64,000 bases of DNA. It comes from Fimbriosthenelais zetlandica (taxonomy: Eukaryota). The translations under genes were made by a program, and so were the position numbers. The stretch spans positions 8,990,001-9,054,000 of the forward strand of contig OZ365112.1 of the NCBI GenBank assembly GCA_977030845.1. The letters are read 5' to 3'. This document shows, piece after piece, positions 38,619 through 49,035 of the stretch. The notes beneath the pieces are model-generated. The model was not told the origin of the DNA. It worked only from the letters and a program-made list of their open reading frames with translations, and ran no database searches. Position 1 is the stretch's first letter. Every line of letters begins with the position of its first letter.

Positions 38619-41550
38619 AAGGCATGTAAGCATATTCAACCCTCCCCTGTCTCCCTTCCCCCCACTCACTTCTACTCCAGTGGATGGGTGTCATGACAAG
38701 TCCCCAAGTTAATTGTTATCATATTTCTTGGAATTAGCCCTTAAATTAAATACCATTAGAAAAACCTCTATTTATTATAGCATTATATTAAGTAGAATAG
38801 ACTATAATATGGGTGGTGGGAGGAAGTGTGAGGACCCACCGGTACCAGTCTCACCCTCACCACAGACAGACAGAGTCAGGACCCGTTATAAACTCTCTCA
38901 TGTCCCACTCTCACAGTGAGGACAGCTTGAAGCCACAACGTGTAGTGTTAAAACACGGGCATTGACAGACAGGCTGAGAGCTGGTGACAGACAGGGGCAG
39001 GTTGACAGAAGCGCTCTGAGCGATGAGAAACAGGAGCGGGAGAGATATATAGACCGTTACTCCAGGCTGGATGGTGGTAGGGGGGTCCTAAGGGTCCTAA
39101 TCCACTTGGAGATGAGGATTATTTCTTTGCTCAATAGCTCCTTTTACCATCAATGGCTTATTTGAGGAGGTAATGGGGGTTAGGATCCCTCCTCCTTTTG
39201 CAGATGATTGTTAGGCTATAGTAGCTCAAATTATAGCAGCTTTAGGCCTAAATATTGGGGGCACAAGTCTGACCCCCACTCGGTTCATACGGCTGATTCC
39301 TTGGGTTTCTTCTGTAGACCTACTCACCTTCCTTCTTTGCTATAATATTGGGAACTAAGAAATAGTCCTGCGTTATTCTGTCCTTTTCATTTCTCTCACT
39401 GTCTCTCTCCCCGTCTCTCTCCCCATCTCTTTCTCTCTCTTCCTATTCTGCACATACCCTGCTTCCTTCAAATTCTCCACATTTTCTCAGGATTTCTCCC
39501 TGTCACCCACTGCGCCAGGAGAGGTTTGAACTGGGGTAGACGTTTGTTATATTAAAACATCGCCTGGGGGCAGCACTCTCTGTCCGATCTCTGTATGAAA
39601 GCATCCATTTATATTGAAATAAATCCCTCTCCACCTCGCCATACCTCTCCCCCTCTCTCACCATGTCTCTCTGACAGCTCCCCCACCACTCACTCATACA
39701 GCGACAAGGGATGAAAGCCCCCGCCCCGGACCCCCGACCACGTCGCCCTCCACGCTACGTCAGCTCGCGACGTCTGACAAATGACGTCCACCCGCGCGGA
39801 GGTCACAGCGCCCTTGAAGTTGGTCTCCAAGACGACCGCGTGGTGGCTGGTTTTTGTCAGAGCCTGACAATTGGTGAAACCCTAGTCATGTGGATGATGG
39901 GAAAGCTCGTTTGATGTGGAGGAGGGGTGGGGTGTTTCTGATGGGGTAGGGTCTAATCTCATTGCCGGGGAATAGAAGCGCTTCTGACAATTTGACACTG
40001 TGACTGACACATACAATAGTGAACAAACAGGCAAGTGTCGCGGCCCACTGAGGCCCTCTAACGGACATGTGTAAATCACAGGGCTAATGTGGGCAGGGGG
40101 GCATTGAATCAGGGGCTAGGAATTATAGACAGGGTGAGAGGAGGGGTATGGTAGGCTATAGAGGTCTGCTATATACAGTCAAGATTCGATAGAAAACAGC
40201 CTGAGAATGAAGGACGATTCTTTGCCAAAGATCAAGACACATTTTGATTCATAGGGCCTAATAGAATTGCCATGGGAAAGAGAAATAACTGTAGTATGAG
40301 GAAACTAAAGAGTTTTCAAATTTAGCTTGATTCAGCTATAGGCCTATGCCCTAACTGTACTTTAGGCTCAAGACTCTTGTCAGATTTGTGGTAGGCCTAT
40401 TTTTATTGGGGTATTAGGCCTACACAACAATGCTCCTTCCTAGGCCCTTTCTAGGCCTATGATGGTGCACTGACCCCCTGATCAACATCAGTGTTTGGGA
40501 TAAGGATTTCTCTGATCAACCTTATAGGATGTTGAACTAAACATGAATCTAGGAAGTTGATCTAGGAACTATACACTTTATTTATTTGTCCACTGCTTGG
40601 GTAAAGTCACAATAAATTATGTCTCAAATCCTAGCCTGGAAAAACATCTGTTTACACATGAAACACGGACCTGTGTGAGCGTTAGACCACAGCTAGGCCT
40701 ATAGCCGGTACAGCAGCGAGCAGGCACGGATATGAAATGTCACTTTTGACAGACATGAGTTTCAAATTAAACAGGCAGAAAGAACATGGATTCACTGCAC
40801 CCAGGGGGAGGCACTGGAGGTTTGGGAGGCAGTTTAGGGAAGGTCTGAAATTTCACAGATACAGGTTCAAAATGTGTGCCTGTTACTTTAGGGTCAGGGT
40901 CTATCTGTTTGTACAAAATGAATTTATGGCCATGGACATTATACCATGAATAGATCTGTGTGAGAATTAGGATCTGCTTGGGTCATACTAAACCGTTTGT
41001 ACAGCCAATTGGTATCATTGAGTTTCAATGGAGAGCAGGATATGGCGCCCATATTCTTATATATCTTCATAGGCAAAAGCATTGTTAAAATGGCCATCAG
41101 ATGAATAATTGCCTGAATGTGCAGGTAAAAGCTTATAGGTCTAGTGTTCAATTCTCTAAACTTTCTATTACTTTGGAGGATAGTAACATTGGGTTGGGGC
41201 CGTGATATCCACATTGTTCCTATGCCCCTCCAATGTCACTTTGGGAACAATCGACCTAGTGTATGAACAGTCTAACAATATCACTCTCGGCACAATCGGC
41301 TTGATGCATCAAAGCTGTAAGATTACAGGCATGAGTAGAGGCATGAGAGAGCAGATCTAAGCCATCAATAGCGGTGGTAATGGATGGGTGTGTGGAGAGA
41401 GAGAGAGGAGAGGGGAGAGTGGCGGGGAAGTGGCCGCATGTTCTTGTCATGTTCTGACAGTTTTCTGCTTCACTCACAATGGTAAGTGACAGGAGGAGCT
41501 GAGCCACTGTAAACAGGTCCAGTCAGGCAGAAAGTGCTGACTGATGGGTC

Positions 41551-41670
41551 CTGACAGCTCCAACAAGGCTGGGCTGGGGCCGGGGGGTGGGGGGGGGGTA
41601 CAACCAGCTCCAACAAGGCAGGGCTGGTGGGACGGGGGGAACGGGGGTACAACCAACTCTAACCAGAGGG
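41551..41670. repeat. 50-bp G-rich tandem repeat, ~2.3 units
   Basis: cagctccaacaaggc at 41555 and 41605, each followed by G-runs and ggtacaacca. Confidence 0.8.
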
Positions 41671-41679
41671 TGCAGATGG

Positions 41680-41960
41680 GGAGGGGGACTCCCGAGAGGA
41701 CTGGGAGAAGGAAGGGAAAGAGAGGGGACAGGAGAACTGAAGAGTGGAGAGGGAAAAGGAGAACCAGAGGTGTAGTCTCTGGGAGAAATGAAGGAAGGGG
41801 GAAAGCAGGGGTTGGGCTTCGGGAAGTGAGATCTGAAGGTGGAAGGGGAGGTTTGAGTTGTGGAGATGAAGGTAAAAGTGGAGAGAATGGGAGGTGAGGT
41901 AAGAGAGGGAAAGACTTGTGTAGGGAGGAGAGTGATTGGGAGAGGAAAGGGAGGAAGGAG
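41680..41960. repeat. GA-rich low-complexity tract
   Basis: Purine-rich on the + strand. Source of ORFs 41474..42022 and 41523..41987. Confidence 0.85.
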
Positions 41961-43059
41961 ATGGAGTATATTACAAGAAATAGCCAATTAAATTTATTAG
42001 AAAATTTCATAGCCTCACTCAACTTGAGATTCCATCAGAAGTGTTCAGAACACAAACGTTAATGAGCCCCAAAATCCGAAGGAAAAAAATCCTTTTAATT
42101 AGGCCTACTAAAAGTTTTGTTTTTGGATTTTGGGGGGGATCGATCAGCAAATAACAATTGTCTTGTGTGTGTGTGCCACCGGGTTCTGAATGTCACCAGT
42201 AGAGGGCTGTCACATCAAAGGCGCATGCGTAATGAGTGTCTGTGAAAGCCTGGCCTGTTATTGAGATCTCGTTCTTGACGAGATCCCGCGAGATCTGCCA
42301 GCTGCCCCTTCCCATGACACCGCGACGTTTGACGAAGACGAAAAGTGACGTTTTGACAACGTCAGAACTAAGAGGATTGACGACATTAAAGACGGCGTAA
42401 AATCAGTCCAGGACAATCCCGTCAGTAGTGTTGGCGTTCCCCGCCGCCTGGCGCTAATGTCGGCCCTGCCGGCCGCTGGGGGAGTTTCACACTTGGGCGG
42501 GCAGGAATTGATTCCCGCATTAGCCGATGATGTCGCCCCATTCAGACGCACCTTGATGGATAATTGCATCTCTTCAGCTACGTCGACACGACATTGTTTT
42601 CACTCAGTGAATAACACCAAAAAGATGCAGATTGAGAGGAGAAGGAGTTATTTCCAGACACAACTGTGGCTTTCCTGTCCACTGCATGTAGTCTATATCT
42701 ACCTCCTTCCCCTATCTCTCCATTGCTCCCTCTCTCTTTCCCTCCCACCCTCTCCATCCACCCTGTATGGTAATTTCCCCTCGCGCTACCAACCCACACC
42801 CGTCTCTCTCAATCCAACCTGTAGTTCCCAGGTATATACCTATAAGGCCTACCTCAGCCTAAACCACAGCATGTAGAGAGCGTATGTTTTTGTATCCGTC
42901 CCCGGGCTGACCGCCCTTCCATTTGTTTTCCCGTCAAGCGGAAGGCTGAGGTGTTCTGACAGGTTTTGACGTGATTGCGTGTCAAGCGTCTGTCCTCACG
43001 CCTCGCTACATCCGGGACACAAATCGTCCTGACAACCTAATCGCATAATACAACTTCAC

Positions 43060-43350
43060 AAGAAAGTTTACCTTTTTGCCGCCTCTTCGCCGCTCATTTT
43101 CCCGCCCATTCCCTGACGTAATCCAAATGGCGGCTAAGCCTGCTAAACGAAGCTTGCTGCGTTCGGTAGGGAAGAGTGGGGCTTTTCCAGCGGGAAGAAC
43201 TCTCCCGCGGGGGAGGCGGCTTTGTGTTTGTTCATGACGTGATCCCACGTGACGGATCAGACTTGACGTCTGCTTTTTGAACGATCGATGACGTCTGCCT
43301 TATCTAAGCCTCATTCTCATCATCTCTCCCACTCTCCGCTGTTGGAGGTA
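43060..43350 (+). promoter_or_regulatory. CpG-rich candidate promoter or first exon
   Basis: TTTTCCCGCC (E2F-like, ~43097), TGACGTA, CAAATGGCGGC (YY1-like; ATG at 43127), several TGACGT, and the splice-donor-like GAG|GTAAGA at 43347/43348. Confidence 0.35.
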
Positions 43351-43534
43351 AGAATGCTACCGACGTTTTCTTACCCAGGGGGCCGTTAGCACTAAGGTGG
43401 ATACCGAGTACGTTCCCAGGCTTCAGAAAGTACCTTTGTCTCAAAAAGTAAAGAGATTTGAATGAAATCATCTCTAAGAACCACTAAATACACCTTTTTG
43501 ACTTTGACGAAATAGTTATACCCGCTTCTGCTTG

Positions 43535-43605
43535 AAAATATCCTCCTGAGATAGTTGAGAAATTGCTGACTCCATTGATATTCAGTCACCACTCATCCAC
43601 TCACC
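43535..43605 (+). mobile_element. SINE tail remnant
   Basis: tcctgagatagttgagaaattgctgact...cactcatccactcaccc. Confidence 0.55.
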
Positions 43606-44835
43606 CATTTTCAATCTCTTATGCCCTACTTTTGAAAATCCAGTACTTAGGCCAATGCCCCTACCTGATTATGGCAGGAGAACGTACCCCTTCAACTACA
43701 AAGGTAGAACTAGCCCTTGTGAGATATAGGTGTTTGCTTTCTCATTGAATGTATGGGCAGAAGATGGACCCCCATCACCTATCCACAATGTTGAAGATGG
43801 ACACCCACTTTGTTTGAAAGTGCCCCCTTTACCCCGTACAAACTTATCACCTCCTCGCCGCCTTCCCGCCAACAATAAACCCATTGACTGACGTCAGTTG
43901 GGGAGCAGTCAGTAATTAGTTTGACTATTTTGTGTTTGTAAAGGGAGCATTCATTGTCGGCTAATGTTCTTTAGAATTCCAGCTCTCCAAACCAGATGAC
44001 TCTTTCTCAATTATAGAGAGGTGGACAAATCACAAACACTACATCCTGGCTGCTGGATGTCATTCACCTCAATGGAGGTTTCGAGAAGAGGGTCTCCTTT
44101 TGAAAGCAATTCAATATAGTTTAATATAACTATGTCTCAAATTTGTATTTAGTATAATATCTATGCTCACAAGAGAGGGATTTTGATTAAATTAAATACA
44201 TCTTCATTAGTATGAAAAGAGTGTACAGAGGACAAATATTTCTGTGGCATTTTCAGACACAATAATGTCTAAACTTCCATTATGGAATTTACCAGAATGC
44301 TTATAATATACTGTAGGCCTAATTGAATGGAGCCAAGTTGCCTATAATTTTACTAAATCCATACATTTTTTGCCTTGGCGTTATGCCTTTCTTGGTACAC
44401 GAAAGTACTCTATTCCTTTTTGTACTTCCTGTCATATCTTGATTCCATATGTATGCCCATGTGTGATTATTTTCTGAAGATAATTGATATATTAAAGAAC
44501 CAAATTCCAAATCCTTCTATAATGTCTTGGTCAGCGTGTCTTAAGGTCCCCCATAAGCGGTATTCTTTTGAAGTGACAGACCGTTCCAGCCCCACCACCA
44601 ACCATCACTCCTTATGTCACCCCTACAAAACACTCAGCGTGTTTAATTACCATAGCAACGTGTGAAGATATGGGCATTCATTGTTAGCAACCCCTGGTAA
44701 CACATTTCCCATCACAGGTAACGCGTCTTCCTTTACCTGCGAGCTTTTTCAAGGTGACAGCTTCACCCAGTAGGTGTCCATCTTAACGTGATGCGCTCTA
44801 TCATCAAACTTCTTCTTTTCAGGACACTTTATTGT

Positions 44836-45095
44836 CCACTAGATGGCGCCATGACATGGCGGGCTTTTTCCGCCCCCGGGGGGTCCGTCTTGACTTGAGG
44901 GCGGCAGAGGGCGGGCTTGTATAGGTATAAAAGGAGGGGGTACCCGTGGCGCCCTCACCGGTATTGTCCATCACTAAGCCCTCAGACCCCATCCCTCTGT
45001 AATTACCGCATATTTACTCGTCCGCACGCCATCTCCCGGAGGACACTTCAACTAAGGCCCTCCCTCGAAGCCGGAAGTCAGTCAACCGGAAGTAA
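44836..45095 (+). promoter_or_regulatory. Candidate TATA core promoter with CTCF-like site, GC box and tandem ETS sites
   Basis: CCACTAGATGGCGCC at 44836, GGGCGG at 44909, TATAAAAG at 44926, CA at 44956-44957 (31 nt after the TATA T), and CCGGAAGT at 45071 and 45086. Confidence 0.5.
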
Positions 45096-47238
45096 CCAAC
45101 CAACAAAAGCGCGCGATGCTCAATGCACGGACGCCCAACAAGCTCGGGCAAACAGAATCTCTATGGTGACCCCTGACCTCGCACGCTTAGGGCGCCACCT
45201 AAGTCATACAATGGAAGCATGTTGTGTTGCAGTGTTAACATTGTAGGGCCTCGTTCTGGTCCAAATGGCTGTTTCCATGGCAGCCAGAGACGCCATGAAT
45301 ACATTCCTTTTCAAACTCCCTCCTCTCTACCCTTCCTTTCATCCAATATCGCTCATCACATGTCACGTGCTTTACCCTGATTTCTCCTGATTGGCTTCCC
45401 CCACACTGAGCACCACCTTGCGGCTGGGGAGTGAATGAAGGGCGAGTAGACGACAAAGTGCTTTATAATAGAGTTTTTACCTCGCCCGCCCAGATCCCGC
45501 CACATGTCAACTCTCGTTTGGCGCGAGATTGGCTGCGGCGAGAGAGGATTAGTGTTAGAGAGCGCCGTGTCATGTCGCTGCTGTCGACGATTGGAGCTGG
45601 CAGAGGGAGGGCGAGTGATGAGGGGAAACTGCTTACACTGAGGTCGGCGCGATTACCTCCTCCCACTTCTGTCACACCTCCTTGAAAGCCTATTAATTCA
45701 TGGTGGGAAAAAGTGTTCATGAAACTGTTTCAGGGACTATTATAGGCAATCTGAAGTCCTAAAGTCAATTTTGGGGTGTAAGAATTGAAATCTCATCATG
45801 GTTCTTTCCGGGATTTGAGTAAATAGTGAATTTTATTTTGAATTATGATAGAGAGGCAGAGTGGGGAGAGACAGGTAGTGTGGGATGAGAAAGGAGAAGA
45901 GAGAGGGGACGGGGTGGTAGGAGGTATTGGGAGAAACAAGGTGAAGGGGGATAGGGTGGCGGTGAGAGAGGAGGAAAAGAAGAAGCTTCCTATAGGGAGA
46001 GGTGTTTGAACTTGAAGGAGGTATGGAGCGAGACGCAGGAAGGACAGAAGGGGAATGTAAGTGGGAGACAAGAAGAATGAGACAGAAAAAAGGGAAACGG
46101 ACATATAGGCCTAAAGAGAACGTGAGAAAGAAGGAAATATAAAATGCAAGTGAAAGAAAGAAAAATCAGAAAGGAAAGACGTCTATAGAATGTGTGGAAT
46201 GAAGGAGGAAAGTGAATGTGTGGCCAAGAAAGCTGTGAGGTTAGAAGTATGCGCTCTCGTCTATTCTACTTTATTTTAGTTACGGTGTTAAGTGTTTTGT
46301 ATGCTGCTGGCCTATTGTTAAGTAGGACGTGTATGATGAATCAGTTAAGGATGTTAAGCACCAGCCTTTGATCACCTCCGACCCCCCAGGTATAACCACG
46401 TCAGTCATATTTCAAAGTAAACGAAACCAATTGATGAGAAACGCAAAGTACCACACCGATCTCACAAAGAACGAGATTTATATCCCCTTACACGAGAAAC
46501 CGCGAGATCTGACGAGGCTGGGTGAGTGGCGTTAAAAAGAATGTTTTTAAATCAACGCTCGCTGATTGGTTCAGGTATGTGGTGCGTCAGAGTAGCGCTA
46601 GAGGGCCAGGCTGATCCCTCACCCTCCCTCCGTATATCATGGCATTGAGCCTCACTTCAAAGTCGGCGGTTCCCACTTACTCCCCCATCCATCTCGCGCG
46701 CCCCACGCCGCGAGACGCGACTGCTTCTCGTGATTTATCGTGATTTATCGCGGAGAACGAGTGTGGTTTGTAATGTTTATGTGACACTTCAGAGTGAAAG
46801 GACGGCTTGGGCCGCGGGTTATTGAGAGAGCGGAGAAAAGGGCGAGGAAGGTGGGTTATGGAGGAATGGGTGGGAGGGGGGCAGGAGGCTGTCAGAAGAG
46901 GTACATGGGACCTTCCTCCCTTATCGGGATGGGGGTATCTATCTCCCTCAATAAATAATTAATCATCCAAAATAGGCTAAAAGGATGAGAAATGAAAGTA
47001 AATCTTATGTGACTCCCAGCCATGCAAGTAGAGGGGCCTGGGGTGTGGAGGAGGGGGCTGGTATATGGCGGGAACAGGTTTATAAGATCCAAGTTTGTCA
47101 TACCTGCATGGTTTAATGTTTAGTTCGCCTGAGGCCCTGTGGATGTCACTCTAAACGTTTGATTAATGAGAGCCAGTAATGTGTTTGTTTAGAGGTGAAT
47201 CAATGGGGAAAGACACAACCTGGGGCCTTGTAGAAAGA

Positions 47239-47456
47239 AAGGGCCTAAACTTGAACTCAGTATAGGCTGGAAAAGACCTAAAATGCGGCTTAGTACGCAG
47301 AAAAAGACCTGAACTGCGGCTTAGGTGGCACAAAGAACCTAAACTGTGGTCTAGTAGGCAGGAAAAGGCATAAACTTGGGCGTAGTAGGCAGGAATAGGC
47401 TTAACGTGGGGCGTAGTAGGCAGGAATAGGCCTAAACTGGGGCGTAGTAAGCAAAG
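47239..47456. repeat. 31-bp minisatellite with a divergence gradient
   Basis: Unit starts at 47271, 47302, 47333, 47364, 47395 and 47426. The sequence shifts stepwise from aaaagacctaaaatgcggcttagtacgcaga to ataggcctaaactggggcgtagtaagcaaag. Confidence 0.85.
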
Positions 47457-48867
47457 GCCGATTCAGACTAAGGCTTCAGAGGCACAACATGATCCAACAT
47501 TTGATTTATAGTATAGACAGAAACCAAGGGAGGAATGGGAGAGGTAGAGGCAGAGGCATGTAAGGAATAAGGTAGGCTACAAAGGGAAAATATTGTAAGA
47601 GAAAAGGGGACAGAACAAGGAAGAGAAAGATAGGATATGTGGGTGGAAGGAGCGTCACAGAAGAGAGGGGAACAAAATACATAACATAACCCTAACACAT
47701 AAAAGACGAACGTGGGGTGAAAAAGCGAAATGGAAGGGAGAAAATTAAGCAGGAAAAGGACAGAAGGACTGTTTAGAGGGGAATGGGACATGCCTGAGGG
47801 GGCTGCGGTAAAACAATTGAGGAGGGGCGGCGGGTTAATTAGCTGAACGCTGCGTCTCTAGCCGAGGTGCTGGTTAACGAGCGAGCTAATGTGAGCCGCT
47901 CCCACCCGCTCATTGCCCCGCCACCATGGGAATACAGGCGCTAACAATACTTCCATTACCCGACCACTTTTGTTTTAGCGCCAAACACAGTCCCAGGAGG
48001 GTTGTAGATGTTAATTCAATAATAATTCAGGGCAGAATAGCTCTCTGCTGTAAAAGGACGGATGAAAGGACGTGAAGGGGGATGAAAGGGACAGGGAAAT
48101 GGGGATAAAAATGACTTCCTAACCTCCTCTAATTTATGTTGGTACCCCCACACAAATCTCCCATACCCCCTCAGATTAACAATTATAATACCCCAAAAGG
48201 AATTAACTCCATTTACTTAATACTATTATATGAAACTACAAGCCGCCCAAAAAATAAGCTCTAGGGTGAGTTGAAAAGTGATTTCACAATCACTAAGTCG
48301 CAGAAAACCAATCTAATTGTATATTTATAAATAAATTTAACCTATTTCTTGCTTATTTAGAAAACAAGTTCAGATATTTATTTGCCTCGGACGCTGATGA
48401 TGATGAATATGACGTCATGATTTATGACCTAATATAGAAACCGTCACCAGAGGGGGCACGCGTCGTCTCCCCACAACAAAGCTCGATCAATCACACTACA
48501 GATGGAGCCCAATGAAATATTAGTTGTGACAGAAATAAATTATCATTTCTGCACCCACAAAAACAGATTGGGGCTGGAGTAAAGAATGTTGGGGGAAATT
48601 AGAGGGCGCTAGGGGCCAGGGAATCCCCCACAGAGGGGTTCCCCCGCCGCCTAATGGCGCCAAGGGCAAGGTTCATTAATTCCTCTGTTATCGCTCATGA
48701 AAAATTGCAGCATTTGTCTAATTTAGATCATTATAATAATTAATCATTTGTTATTTTCCTCATTGCTGCCTTTATTTTGCGCCCTGATCGTTCTCTATCA
48801 ACGGGCCATTCAGCACTTAAATATCATAAAGCAAAGTTTATACAGTTTGTTCCTGTGTTGGTACACC

Positions 48868-49035
48868 AACCTACTGAGCTACTCCCTGAATGAGCTAGTG
48901 GTCTTACTTACTGAGCTACTCCCTGAATGAGCTGGTGCTCTAACCTACTGAGATACTCCCTGAATGAGCTGGTGCTCTTACTTACTGAGCTATCTCCCTG
49001 AATGAGCTGGTGCTCTGACCTACTGAGCTACTCCC
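48868..49035. repeat. 37-38 bp minisatellite, left arm
   Basis: Unit actgagcta(t)ctccctgaatgagctggtgctcttactt, about 4.4 units. The array resumes after the transposon at 51177. Confidence 0.93.

Noticed and set aside
40164-40190. TA-CAGTCAAGATTCGATA as a pogo/Tigger-like end
   Set aside because: I found no matching inverted terminus.
41474-42022. 182-aa and 154-aa ORFs
   Set aside because: They are products of a GA tract and a G-rich tandem repeat.
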